Of a stretch of DNA of 64,000 nucleotides, positions 11,056-20,951 are shown piece after piece. This stretch comes from Candidatus Moraniibacteriota bacterium (GTDB lineage: Bacteria > Patescibacteriota > Minisyncoccia > Moranbacterales > UBA1568), in contig CAVZUR010000003.1 of the NCBI GenBank assembly GCA_963778555.1, positions 21,067 through 85,066 of the forward strand, given 5' to 3'. The notes under the pieces are model-generated. The model searched no databases. It had not been told where the DNA came from and saw only the letters and a program-made list of their open reading frames with translations. The position numbers and the translations under genes are program-made. The stretch's first letter is position 1, and every line of letters starts with the position of its first letter.

Positions 11056-11673
11056 TTACTTTTTCTCATTAATTTTAACCTCCATCTCTTGCTGACCATT
11101 CCAAGAAACAGATAGCTTTTTATCAAAACTACCTCCATTTTCAAGATAGAAAGTCAATGTTAATTCCGTTTCTCCTGTTTCTAGAGAATCAAATTTTCGG
11201 TTGCCACCACTATGAAGCGTCGATATCCTGACATTCGTGCCCCCATTAGCAACATCATGTGTGAGCACATCAAGATACGCAATTTGATCATGAACTATAT
11301 TTCTAGCCACTTCATTCACATGCGTCCAATTTAATGGAACAGAGAGGTATGGCGTCCTTTTATTCCCGCTCTCAATTATGCTTGTAACATCCACTTGTAC
11401 AAATCTTGCTGTCTCCTTTCCAGCATTTTTTATAGCAAGACGCCAATATTCATTTTCCTTCTGTACAAATTTTTCAATGTCATCAACAATAACCAGTCGA
11501 GGTTTAATTCCTATAAGAGGCTTTAGATATCGTCCGATTCCACTGGCAATAAGTAGCGCAACAAGTGAACTCCAAAATATCTCATTACCCAGAATTTCGA
11601 CTAAACTATCTATCGATTTAGTAATAATTTGACAGATTTCATCTGACATACAAGTGTGTTTAATCAGTATCAA
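11056..11673 (-). CDS. Hypothetical membrane-anchored protein encoded in an AT-rich islet (~37% GC vs ~60% flanks)
   Basis: 205-aa ORF with one N-terminal TM helix. Own rho-independent terminator at 10965-11000. Sharp compositional shift. Confidence 0.5.
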   Translation of the reverse strand: MILIKHTCMSDEICQIITKSIDSLVEILGNEIFWSSLVALLIASGIGRYLKPLIGIKPRLVIVDDIEKFVQKENEYWRLAIKNAGKETARFVQVDVTSIIESGNKRTPYLSVPLNWTHVNEVARNIVHDQIAYLDVLTHDVANGGTNVRISTLHSGGNRKFDSLETGETELTLTFYLENGGSFDKKLSVSWNGQQEMEVKINEKK

Positions 11674-11700
11674 AAACGCCCCGGGTGGGGCGCTGGCACT

Positions 11701-12973
11701 TTATTTCTTCATCTTGCGGCGGATGAAGGCCGGAATCTCCAGGTCTTCCTCCTCGACGATGTCCTTCGACTCCTGCCGCAGGCCGAAACTCTTGGGCTGA
11801 ATCTTTTCTTCGATAATGAGCGGGGTTGGCTCGATCTGGCGCGAGGTGAAGGTCGTCGGCTCGCCCAGCGTATCCGCGACTTCGTCCTCGGGTTCCTCGC
11901 GGCGATAATTGGATGTCATCTGGCCGATAGTCGGGCTCTTGGCGCGCTGGACCAGGCCGATCGGCATTTCCTTCACCTTGCCGGAATCGAAACCGGTCGC
12001 CACGACGGTAATCTGAATGTCGCCCTTCCGGATCTGTTCGTCCACCACCGCGCCAAAGATGACTTTCGCGTTGGGGTCGATGTTCTCGGTGATGACATTG
12101 GCGGCCTCGTTGATTTCGAGCATGCCGACATCGGTCGAGCCAGAGATATTGAAGAGGACGCCTTTCGCCCCGTCGATAGAAATCTCGAGCAAGCGGGGAA
12201 TTGATGGCGGCGCGGGCGGCCTCGACGGCGCGGTTTTCGCCAGAGGCGATGCCGATACCCATGAGGGCGGAGCCGGAATCCTGCATGATGGCGCGGACAT
12301 CAGCGAAGTCGACGTTCACGATACCCGGCCGGGTGATGAGGTCGGAAATCCCCTGCACGCCCTGTCGCAGGACATCGTCGACGATGCGAAAGGCGGAGAT
12401 GAGCGTCGTCTTCCGGTCGATGATAGAGAGAAGCTTGTCGTTCGGGATGGTGATGAGCGTATCGACGCGGTCCTTCAGATTATTCAACGCTTCATCGGCG
12501 ATGGCACGGCGTTGGGAGCCTTCGAAGGCGAACGGTCGCGTGACGACACCGACGGTGAGGGCGCCGAGCTCTTTGGCGGTCTCCGCGACGATGGGGGCCG
12601 CGCCGGAACCGGTCCCGCCGCCGAGGCCACAGGTGACGAACACCATGTCGGCGCCTTTCAAGACTTCTTGGATCTCATCGCGGTTCTCTTCCGCGGCTTG
12701 ACGGCCGATCTCGGGATTCATCCCGGCGCCGAGTCCCTTGGTCAGATTCTTGCCGATGTGAATTTTCTCCTGAGCGCGCGAGTGATGCAGCGCCTGCGCA
12801 TCGGTGTTGATAGCGACGAATTCGACACCCTTGATCTTGGCATCGATCATCCGCGAAATCGCATTGCCACCAGAACCGCCGACGCCGACGACTTTGATTT
12901 TGGCGAACGTTTCGATGTCGGGTTTGATCTCGGCCATACGGGCTACTGTGTCATCAATCGTTAAATGAGTCAT
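11701..12973 (-). CDS. ftsZ: Cell division protein FtsZ, interrupted by a single-nucleotide indel in a C-run near 12190
   Basis: GGGTGSG tubulin signature in the 437-aa ORF. The C-terminal domain and conserved C-terminal peptide ([14 protein letters not shown]) are in overlapping ORF 11701..12300. The junction reads AINSPL|[10 protein letters not shown] with one extra base. Confidence 0.9.
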
Positions 12974-13024
12974 CCAGCAGACACCTGAGCCTGAGACAAC
13001 ACAACCTCGGGCGGTTTCGCTTGA

Positions 13025-13075
13025 TGAACCACTCTATCACGCACAAAGTCGGGGTGTCAACCCCGTTAGAAACGC
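13025..13075 (-). promoter_or_regulatory. Putative ftsZ promoter: GTTTCTAACGGGG-TTGACA-18nt-TAGAGT, with the -35 embedded in a GGGG..CCCC hairpin
   Basis: Read on the minus strand ~55 nt upstream of the ftsZ ATG. The same upstream element recurs at 23520-23573 with TTGACC-17nt-TAGACT. Confidence 0.4.
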
Positions 13076-13172
13076 GGTTTTCCCCTGAAAGTGAAGCTCT
13101 TTCCAGGTACTTCATCATCCTCTCAAAAGAACGGGTTGCGTTCGTACATTTCTAACGGGGCAAGAAATCCCC

Positions 13173-14441
13173 TCAGGGCAGAAAGCGCCGGAACAGGCCC
13201 TTGGCCTGACCAGCCAAGCCACCCCAATCACCCGGAATGCGGCCGAGAAATTTCGAGGCGCGGCCGAAGGTGAAGCCCTCACCCGTATCGCCGTCAGCCT
13301 GCGACAACAGCAACAGTCCCACCACCGTCGCCGACGCGGGGCTGTCGACCTGATCGAGAATGCCGCCGAGCGGTTTCGGATAGCCAATCTGCGCCGGCAG
13401 TCGCAATTTTCTTTTGGCGAGATCGACCGAACCAGGCACGAGAATGCCGCCGCCGGTCAAGATCACGCCCGCCGGCAGGAGCGCTTCGCGATTGATAGAT
13501 TTGAGTTCGAGATTGACGTAATGGAAAATTTCTTCGAGCCGCGCTTCGATAATCTCGGCGACATGATGGCGCGAGATCTCATCGTTCTCCTGCGAATCGA
13601 ATTGGGAAAGATCGATCGCTTCTTTCTTACCGATCTCGCTCGGAATCGCGTGGCCATACTGGACCTTCACCGCTTCGGCGACATCGATCGATGTCCGGAG
13701 GCCGATGGCGATGTCATTGGTCACGTGGCTGCCGCCGACGGGCAAGACCGCCAGGTGGAGGAGATCGCCGTCTTCGAAAACGGCCAGGGATGTGGTGTTG
13801 GCGCCGATATTGACGAGTACGACACCAAGCTCTTTCTGCTTGGGACTGAGAATGGCTTCGGCCGAGGCGAGCGGTTCGGCGATGAAATGATGGGCGGTGA
13901 TACCGGCGAGCTCCAGACTCCGGACGAGATTCTTCAGATGATTGCTCCCCGTCCCGACCACGAGCGAAGAGAGTTCAAGCCGGACGCCCCGGAGACCGAT
14001 AGGGTCTTTGATATTCGCTTGATCGTCGAGCCGGTAGTGCTGCGGGACGACATGGAGGATCTCTTTGTTGGCACCGAGGATGGTCCGCGCCTGTGTTTCC
14101 TCGACGATGCGGGCGAGATCGTCCTCGGTGACCTCGCCGTCCGCCTTGCCGACGGCAATCACGCCGATCGCAGACTGGGCGAACAGATCCGATCCCGAAA
14201 CGGAACAGGCGACCGAATTGGTCGCGACGCCCGCCATGCCTTCCGCCGCCTCGAGGGCGGCATTGATGGATTTGGCGACCTCTTCCGGCTGGACGACGAT
14301 GCCGCGCCGGATGCCGACTGAAGGAACAGCGCCGACGCCGATGACCTTCAGCGGTCCATCGTCATGCGGCAAGAGAGCGATGACCGCCCGAACGGTCGCC
14401 GAGCCGATATCGAGGCCGACAATGTGCTGTGATTTCGCCAT
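13173..14441 (-). CDS. ftsA: Cell division protein FtsA
   Basis: 422-aa actin-fold protein (DIGS start, SHSP70-like motifs); located upstream of ftsZ as usual. Confidence 0.9.
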   Translation of the reverse strand: MAKSQHIVGLDIGSATVRAVIALLPHDDGPLKVIGVGAVPSVGIRRGIVVQPEEVAKSINAALEAAEGMAGVATNSVACSVSGSDLFAQSAIGVIAVGKADGEVTEDDLARIVEETQARTILGANKEILHVVPQHYRLDDQANIKDPIGLRGVRLELSSLVVGTGSNHLKNLVRSLELAGITAHHFIAEPLASAEAILSPKQKELGVVLVNIGANTTSLAVFEDGDLLHLAVLPVGGSHVTNDIAIGLRTSIDVAEAVKVQYGHAIPSEIGKKEAIDLSQFDSQENDEISRHHVAEIIEARLEEIFHYVNLELKSINREALLPAGVILTGGGILVPGSVDLAKRKLRLPAQIGYPKPLGGILDQVDSPASATVVGLLLLSQADGDTGEGFTFGRASKFLGRIPGDWGGLAGQAKGLFRRFLP

Positions 14442-14532
14442 AGAGAGAGGAGCAAGAAAAGAAAGACGAGAGATTCCCGCTCATGCGCCTCATTATACCC
14501 CAAGAGAAACATGCCTGCCACCGACTGCGCGG

Positions 14533-14907
14533 CTACCAGACGTACGGGAGAAAAATGACAGCGCCCGCGATGGCGGCGCCGACGGAGGCGATGAGCACTG
14601 ACCCGGCCACGAGATCCTTGATCACTCTCACATAGGGATGGATCCGGGGCTTCATCATATCGAGCATGCGCTCGAACGAAGTATTCACCAGCTCGAGCGA
14701 GAGGACGAGGACGGTGACAATTGCCAGGGTTGCTCGCTCATTGCCAGACAACGGATAATGCCAGGCTAAAAAAGCGACCACCAGCGCGACAGCCAGTTCG
14801 ATATGGAAATTGCGCTCTTCCCGGACCGCGTAGGCGATACCGGCAAAGGCATGTCGGAAACTCCGGAAAAACTTATGCATGCGATTTGGTTTTCTTCTTT
14901 CCCACAT
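14533..14907 (-). CDS. dgkA: Diacylglycerol kinase / undecaprenol kinase family
   Basis: 124-aa three-TM protein with the DgkA signature region (ERNFHIEL...ELVNTSFE). Confidence 0.8.
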   Translation of the reverse strand: MWERRKPNRMHKFFRSFRHAFAGIAYAVREERNFHIELAVALVVAFLAWHYPLSGNERATLAIVTVLVLSLELVNTSFERMLDMMKPRIHPYVRVIKDLVAGSVLIASVGAAIAGAVIFLPYVW

Positions 14908-15370
14908 GTGCGGCTGGAGCCAGCCGATCAGTCACGGCATCTTGGATCTGAAACATCCGTTCCTCATGGTCGAAGCCGGCCAAATGGAGGACGCCATGCG
15001 CGAACACGTAGGTGAACTCACGCCTCCATGATACACCATCCTCGGCCGCCGAACGAGCGATGAAATCGGGCGAAAGCACAATCTGACCGAGTTCGATCGG
15101 TCCGGTCAGCGGCGCAGTGGCCAGTGCTTCCACGCTCTCGAAAGAGCCGAAGGAGAGGATATCGGTCGGTTTCTCGGTACGACGATATTCGCTGTTGAGC
15201 GCGGCGATCTCGGCGTCGGACACGCAGGCGACATCGAGACTCACCGTCTGTGCTGACCCGAAACGCCGCGGAAATGCCCGCGTGAGGCTCTCGCGGATGA
15301 TCCGACGGAGAAAAAAAAGCGAAAGCCCGTTCAGGGCTTCCTCTCCGCTTACGGTCAGTCGGATCCGCAT
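14873..15370 (-). CDS. ybeY: Endoribonuclease YbeY (rRNA maturation factor)
   Basis: HGVLHLAGFDHE zinc-binding motif. Confidence 0.85.
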   Translation of the reverse strand: MRIRLTVSGEEALNGLSLFFLRRIIRESLTRAFPRRFGSAQTVSLDVACVSDAEIAALNSEYRRTEKPTDILSFGSFESVEALATAPLTGPIELGQIVLSPDFIARSAAEDGVSWRREFTYVFAHGVLHLAGFDHEERMFQIQDAVTDRLAPAAHVGKKKTKSHA

Positions 15371-15372
15371 AG

Positions 15373-15828
15373 CTAGGTCAGTTTCGCCATGACGAGCTCT
15401 CGGACAACAGCGCCATCTGCCTGTCCGGCCGTCTCCTTCATGACCGCTCCCATAACGCGACCCATGTCTTTCGCCGTCGCGTCCGGTAGACCAGCGAGGA
15501 CACGTGCGACGATAGCCTCCACGGCGTCGCGCGAGAGCTGCGCCGGGAGATAGCCTTCGATCAAAGCGAGCTCGGCCGCTTCCTTTTCGACAAGGTCTTC
15601 ACGCTTTGCCGCACGATACTGTTCGATTGAGTCTTTGCGCTGCTTCACGAGCCGCTTTACCACGTCCTGCACCTCGCCGTCGGTAAATTCCGCGACCGGT
15701 TTGCGCTTCTCGATGGCAGCATTCTTGACGGCGCTCTGAAGGAAGCGCAACGTGTCGCGCTTCACCGTTTCACCCGCCTTCATGGCGGTTTTCAGTTCAT
15801 CGCTGATCTCTGTAATGAGAGACATAGT
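15373..15828 (-). CDS. GatB/YqeY domain-containing protein
   Basis: ~150 aa with the LKTAMKAGE...LRFLQSA pattern of the YqeY family. Start taken at MSLITE. Confidence 0.75.
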   Translation of the reverse strand, partial: TMSLITEISDELKTAMKAGETVKRDTLRFLQSAVKNAAIEKRKPVAEFTDGEVQDVVKRLVKQRKDSIEQYRAAKREDLVEKEAAELALIEGYLPAQLSRDAVEAIVARVLAGLPDATAKDMGRVMGAVMKETAGQADGAVVRELVMAKLT

Positions 15829-15961
15829 GCAGTTTTCACAAGTCTTTGAAGATTCGGTGAGCCGCGCGAAGCTTTTGAGCAGTGAGCGAGACGTATCAGG
15901 GGCATACGTTCGAGCGAAAGGCGCAGAAAGCGACAAAGCGGATCGCCGAATCTAAAAGACG

Positions 15962-16213
15962 TTAGCGGATTTTTTTCTTGATGTCGCGGAGCGCTTCATC
16001 ATCGAACTTGCCGAGCTTCTTCAAGCGGCCGATTTCCTTCCGAATTTTCACTTTATAGAGAGCTTCGTCCCGTCGCTTGGGACGACTTTGTTCTTCCTGT
16101 CGGAAGCGGAGCTTGCGGACGCGCTTCAAGACGCCGGACTGCTGGACGCGACGTGAAAAACGCCGGATGAGGCTTTCCGCGGTTTCCTTCTCTTTTCGTT
16201 CTATGTAAATCAT
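15962..16213 (-). CDS. rpsU: 30S ribosomal protein S21
   Basis: 83-aa highly basic protein MIYIERKEKETAESLIRRFSRRV... Confidence 0.9.
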   Translation of the reverse strand: MIYIERKEKETAESLIRRFSRRVQQSGVLKRVRKLRFRQEEQSRPKRRDEALYKVKIRKEIGRLKKLGKFDDEALRDIKKKIR

Positions 16214-16322
16214 AGCGACCTCCTTTCTTCGTTACGCGTGTACCCTTCAAGAGAGCTCGCGTGCTCGTGGACACTGGATTCCTGGAGGGAACCGCACCGT
16301 ACCGAGCACACTCGTCCTCTCA

Positions 16323-16676
16323 CTACTCGCCGGATGGATGGATGTTTTCCGAGAGCCTCGCTCCACCGAGGAGATGGAGGTGGAGATGCGGCACTTCCTG
16401 ACCACCGTCGCGACCGACCCGGAACAAGAGTTTATACCCTTTTTCTGAAATGTTCAAGTCCCGAGCGAGATCGCGCGCGATGCGGAACATCCGACCCACG
16501 ACCGGCACGTCCTCATCCCCCATCTCGGCGATGCTCACGATGAGCTTCTTGGGAACAATGAGGACGTGCACCGGCGCAATGGGATGAAGGTCATGGAACG
16601 CCATGATTTCGTCATCCTCATACAGGAAGTCTTTTGGGATCTCTCGGTCGCGAATTTTTTCAAAGACGGTTTTCAT
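16323..16676 (-). CDS. HIT-family nucleotide-binding protein (Hint-like)
   Basis: HLHLHLLGG histidine triad. Confidence 0.85.
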   Translation of the reverse strand: MKTVFEKIRDREIPKDFLYEDDEIMAFHDLHPIAPVHVLIVPKKLIVSIAEMGDEDVPVVGRMFRIARDLARDLNISEKGYKLLFRVGRDGGQEVPHLHLHLLGGARLSENIHPSGE

Positions 16677-16679
16677 ATC

Positions 16680-17024
16680 TCACTTTTCCTGTTCACGGAG
16701 CTTCCTCATTTTCGCTTCGGCAACCGAAATCCGGAGATCCCACTTGTTTATGCCTTTCGGGGTGATGCTGTCTCGATACGATTCAATAGTATCCTGCTCG
16801 TTCGCCGGAAGCCTTGTATTCGCTTCAGCGAGCTGTGCTGCCTGCTCTTCTGTTGAAAGCGAGTCGAACACCTCAAGCGCATTCGGCTTTCCCTTTTCAG
16901 CCTTGAAACGGATCACTTCTTCTTCAAGGGCACGGAGCTGTTGCTCAACCGAAAGCTCTGGCGATTTCTTGGCTTCAGCCTGGGAGTTTGCCTTAAGCGC
17001 ATTCAGATCAAATTGTTCGCTCAT
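16680..17024 (-). CDS. Hypothetical protein (114 aa, charged/coiled-coil-like)
   Basis: ORF only; no recognisable domain. Confidence 0.4.
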   Translation of the reverse strand: MSEQFDLNALKANSQAEAKKSPELSVEQQLRALEEEVIRFKAEKGKPNALEVFDSLSTEEQAAQLAEANTRLPANEQDTIESYRDSITPKGINKWDLRISVAEAKMRKLREQEK

Positions 17025-17042
17025 AGCCCTCGTGCCAAAAAT

Positions 17043-18560
17043 TTACTCCTTATGCTTAGCATGATCACGCTTCTCCTTTTCGAGCCGCTCTTTCTCCTCC
17101 TCTTCTTCATCGTCTTCATCGGGCTTCGGCAGCGGAATGCCGTTCGGTCCCATCAGCGCGAGATTCGATTTGAGAATCTTCTTGGCGGCATCGACGAGTT
17201 TTGCCTGGATGACAGTCTCCTGCGTGCCCGAGACCATATCCTTCACGATCGCGGTGCCGTCGAGCGCTTCCTTCTGGCCAATGATAATGGTCACTTCGAC
17301 CCCGAGACGATTCGCGACACGGAGCTGGCTCTTGAGCGTCCCGCGACCGAACGATTCTGCGATGAGAATACCATTTTTCTCCAGATCAGCGAAGAGGCGA
17401 AGCGACTTCTTTTTCGCCATATCGCCGAGCTGGGCGAGGAAGACGCGGGGTTTCGGCTCGATATAGGGCTTCACCTGCGTGCGCTTCATCTCGAGGATGA
17501 TACGGTCGAGACCGAGACCGAAACCGATGGCCGGAGTCGCTTCGCCGCCGAGCGCCTGGATGAGGCGGTCATACCGCCCGCCGCCGCCAAGGGAGTAGGT
17601 GCGGCCCTCTTTATCACTCGAACGGATCTCGAAGACAGTCCGCGTATAGTAGTCCAGGCCGCGCACCAGGCGTGTATTGATGACATACGGGAGTTCGAGC
17701 TCATCGAGATATTCGAGGAGGCGCTTGAAGTGATCGCGAGAAGCCTGGTCGAGATAATCGAGCGACTGCGGTGCGTGCGTTGTGATCTGGATGCACTTCT
17801 CTTCTTTGCAATCGAGAATGCGCATCGGATTCGTGGTCAGGCGCTCTTTGCAGTTCTGGCAGAGACGATGCTTCTGTGATTCCAGGTACCGGACGAGCAC
17901 CTTCTCGTAGTCGCGACGCGATTCCGGCGTGCCGATGGAGTTCACCTGGAACTCGATATTCTTCAGCCCCAGGTCGCGGACAACACGGAAGGCAAGCTGG
18001 ATCACCTGAGCGTCGAGAATCGGATCCTCTTCACCGAAAACGTCGAAGTTCGCCTGGGTATGCTCGCGGTAACGGCCTTCCTGCGGCCGATCGTAACGGA
18101 AAAGCGATCCCATGGAAAACAACTTAATCGGCTTCGGAAGCACGTTCATTCCATGTTCAATAAAGGCCCGGCAGAGGCCTGCGGTCATCTCGGGACGAAG
18201 CGCCACACGGTCGCCGCCACGTGTATTGAACACATACATCTCCTTGTCGATGATATCAGTCCCTGCACCGAGCGTCCGCAGATAGAGGTGAGCGAATTCT
18301 GCCATTGGCAGATCGATACGGCGATAGCCATACTCGAGCTGCGCGTGGGAAAGGATGCGGCGGACTCGCTCCCAATAAGGCTGTTCATCCGGCAGAATGT
18401 CTCGCATTCCGCGAAGCGCCTGCAGCAGAATCTCTTCCTGCACCTGGACGGGCGCCGTCGGCGCGAGTTTCTTTTCCTTTTCGATCTTCCTCACCGGTGC
18501 CTTGGTCTTTCTTGAGGCAGGCATCCGCTGGGTTCCTTTTTTCTTCGTGGTCTTGGCCAT
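17043..18560 (-). CDS. hisS: Histidine--tRNA ligase with a Lys-rich N-terminal and Asp/Glu/Lys-rich C-terminal extension
   Basis: Class II aaRS motifs and the HisRS core (LRGMRD, anticodon-binding domain). The low-complexity tails are unusual. Confidence 0.9.
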   Translation of the reverse strand: MAKTTKKKGTQRMPASRKTKAPVRKIEKEKKLAPTAPVQVQEEILLQALRGMRDILPDEQPYWERVRRILSHAQLEYGYRRIDLPMAEFAHLYLRTLGAGTDIIDKEMYVFNTRGGDRVALRPEMTAGLCRAFIEHGMNVLPKPIKLFSMGSLFRYDRPQEGRYREHTQANFDVFGEEDPILDAQVIQLAFRVVRDLGLKNIEFQVNSIGTPESRRDYEKVLVRYLESQKHRLCQNCKERLTTNPMRILDCKEEKCIQITTHAPQSLDYLDQASRDHFKRLLEYLDELELPYVINTRLVRGLDYYTRTVFEIRSSDKEGRTYSLGGGGRYDRLIQALGGEATPAIGFGLGLDRIILEMKRTQVKPYIEPKPRVFLAQLGDMAKKKSLRLFADLEKNGILIAESFGRGTLKSQLRVANRLGVEVTIIIGQKEALDGTAIVKDMVSGTQETVIQAKLVDAAKKILKSNLALMGPNGIPLPKPDEDDEEEEEKERLEKEKRDHAKHKE

Positions 18561-18597
18561 AGACGTGGCATTAATAAAAAAACGGGAATGAATAGAA

Positions 18598-19275
18598 TCA
18601 GTAAAGCGCTATCTCGTCGAGCGGCCAGGCTCGGAGAAGCACCCGGCCAATGACGGCAGTCCGATCGATCGGACCGAATGCTCGTGAATCATAACTGAAA
18701 CTGCGATTATCACCGAGGACGAAGTATTGGGATTCGGCAACAGCAGTTTTCTTCATGTCCGAGGTTTTGACTGCTGGATCGAGATAGGCTGATTCATCGA
18801 GCGCGTATCCGTCCGGATGGACCGCATTATAGATGTAGACCCGTCCACCTCGGATCTCGACGGCCTCGCCCGGGAGTCCGATCACCCGTTTGATGAAGTA
18901 TTGGCTCGGGTCTTTCGGAAAGCGGAACACGATCGGCTGTTGCCGGCCGAGCTCACGGAACGGCGTTGTCTTAATATCCGCCACCGGAATCGTGGTCTGC
19001 TTATAGCCGAACTCGCTGATCACGAGGTATTCCCCATCGTCAAAATTCGGCTCCATGGAGGAACCTTGGACAAAGAACGGTTGGAATAAAAAGGCTCGAA
19101 TCGGTATAATGACGACCGCAGCCAACACGAGAATTTTCACCATTTCTAGCAAGAGTTCTGTCGTGGTGAGGTACTCTTCCTCCGGTTCAACGGGGGCTGA
19201 GACGCGCGGTGCCGATAGATTTTCTGTCATAGTGACTGATTCTTGGGAATCAAAGATGACGTGAGAGTAGGTCAT
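18598..19275 (-). CDS. lepB: Signal peptidase I (S26 family)
   Basis: SSMEP catalytic Ser box, GDNR motif, N-terminal TM. Confidence 0.85.
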   Translation of the reverse strand: MTYSHVIFDSQESVTMTENLSAPRVSAPVEPEEEYLTTTELLLEMVKILVLAAVVIIPIRAFLFQPFFVQGSSMEPNFDDGEYLVISEFGYKQTTIPVADIKTTPFRELGRQQPIVFRFPKDPSQYFIKRVIGLPGEAVEIRGGRVYIYNAVHPDGYALDESAYLDPAVKTSDMKKTAVAESQYFVLGDNRSFSYDSRAFGPIDRTAVIGRVLLRAWPLDEIALY

Positions 19276-19400
19276 GGGAGACCAGGCATCACTCGCTCGA
19301 AATAAACAGCTTCATCAGAGAGAGAACGACAGTAAAACAACCCGATTGTACCACCATTTGAGCCCGATATCAAGGGGGAAGGATGGCTTAGCTAAAGGCA

Positions 19401-20942
19401 ATGAATCGAAACCATCCTGAAATCGCCAGTCCACCTGCTCGACCGAAAGGTTTCTCCCTCGGTCACGCGGCACTCGAGTCCGCTCCAGTGGTGAAACCTT
19501 CGTCCCGGCGAATTTTTCTGCCGCTTACAAGCGTCGTCCTCACGCTCATGCTCCTTCTCGCGGCTGCATCCTTGTTCGTTGGCGCGCGCTTCACTCGATC
19601 TTTCCATTTCGAAAACCGCGAGCTCTCTTTCTTCCAGGGCATCCGCATTGTCGGCGACTCGCTGCTCGGCACCGGGCGCGCGCTCACGGGTGAAACTGAG
19701 GGCCGTGTGAATATCCTCCTCCTCGGCCGAGCGGGCGAAAAATATCCGGGTCGCAACCTGACCGACACCGTCATGCTGCTTTCGCTCGACCTGAAAAAGA
19801 AGCGGGTCGGCCTCCTTTCGCTCCCCCGCGACCTTTTTGCGCCGATTCCGGGCACTGGACTCTCCACCAAGCTCAATGCGCTCTACCAAATCGGACTGAA
19901 TGACGACCGAGGCACCAAACTGCTCCGTGACAGCGTCGCTGAGATTACCGGGTTGCCCATCCATTACTCGGTCATGATTGATTTCGACGGTTTTGAACGG
20001 ATGATCGATGCGCTCGGCGGCATCTCGATTGAAGTTGAGCGTGATATCTACGACGCGCGATATCCCGGAAAGAATTACAGCTATGAAATCTTCGCGCTCA
20101 AAAAGGGCTGGCAGCGACTCGATGGGCCAACCGCGCTGAAGTACGCACGGGAGCGCCACGATGATCCCGAGGGAGATTTCGGCCGTACCAAGCGACAGCA
20201 AGGTATCATGCAGGCCGTACGCGACAAAGTATGGTCCGTCCCGACCTTCCTCAACCCATTCGCGCTCGCCGGTTTTCTGGAAAGCCTCGGCCAGAGCATC
20301 ACCACTGACATCCCGCCGGAAGAAATCGGACGCTTCATCGAGCTCGCCCGCTCCTTCGATACGAAGAATATCTCCACCGTCGTGGTGGACGCCTGGAAAA
20401 AAGAAAGTCTCTTACGTGTCAGCCATATAGAGGCGGACGGCATCCGAGCCTTTATCCTCGTCCCGCGAAGCGGCACTTGGGATGAAATCCGTGCCGTCGC
20501 TCAGAATCTCTTTGAGGAACGTGGGCGCGAACAGCGCCAAGAAGCCGTGCGACGAGAGTCAGCCAAGATACTCATTCTCACCACGCCACGCTATCGGGCC
20601 GGGGCGGAAGCACTCGCCGCCGATATCCGTGACACGTTTTCCGTCGCGTCAGTGAAAGTCCAGACCAGCAGCATTTTGGACAACGGAAGTGAAACCGCTA
20701 TGATACAGGATGCGAGCGCACTGCGCGTCCCATACACGCTCGATACGCTCGTTGCCCGCTATGCATTGATTGTCGGTGAAGCTCCTTCTAGTCTGCCCGT
20801 CAGCGGCGACGCCGATCTCATTATCCGTTATCTCAAAGTTATTTCACTCGACCTCCCGACACTCGACCGTCCCGAGGCCGAACCGAACGATCAGGATTTC
20901 CAAGTTCCGCTCGCCCCGCAGAAAAATCCCTTCATCCACTGA
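19401..20942 (+). CDS. LytR-CpsA-Psr (LCP) family cell-envelope transferase with a long C-terminal extension
   Basis: N-terminal TM, then NILLLGRAG...DTVMLLSLD...LSLPRDL LCP core. Confidence 0.85.
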   Translation: MNRNHPEIASPPARPKGFSLGHAALESAPVVKPSSRRIFLPLTSVVLTLMLLLAAASLFVGARFTRSFHFENRELSFFQGIRIVGDSLLGTGRALTGETEGRVNILLLGRAGEKYPGRNLTDTVMLLSLDLKKKRVGLLSLPRDLFAPIPGTGLSTKLNALYQIGLNDDRGTKLLRDSVAEITGLPIHYSVMIDFDGFERMIDALGGISIEVERDIYDARYPGKNYSYEIFALKKGWQRLDGPTALKYARERHDDPEGDFGRTKRQQGIMQAVRDKVWSVPTFLNPFALAGFLESLGQSITTDIPPEEIGRFIELARSFDTKNISTVVVDAWKKESLLRVSHIEADGIRAFILVPRSGTWDEIRAVAQNLFEERGREQRQEAVRRESAKILILTTPRYRAGAEALAADIRDTFSVASVKVQTSSILDNGSETAMIQDASALRVPYTLDTLVARYALIVGEAPSSLPVSGDADLIIRYLKVISLDLPTLDRPEAEPNDQDFQVPLAPQKNPFIH

Positions 20943-20951
20943 CCTCGGCCT

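Noticed and set aside
12017-12964. 315-aa plus-strand ORF (and 11656..12204, 12201..12701) across ftsZ
   Set aside because: Antisense to ftsZ, whose tubulin motifs are unambiguous on the minus strand. Low-complexity Gly/Asp/Arg translation.
19392-20201. 269-aa minus-strand ORF overlapping the LCP gene
   Set aside because: Fully antisense to the well-supported LCP-family CDS (19401-20942). High-GC antisense frames commonly stay open.
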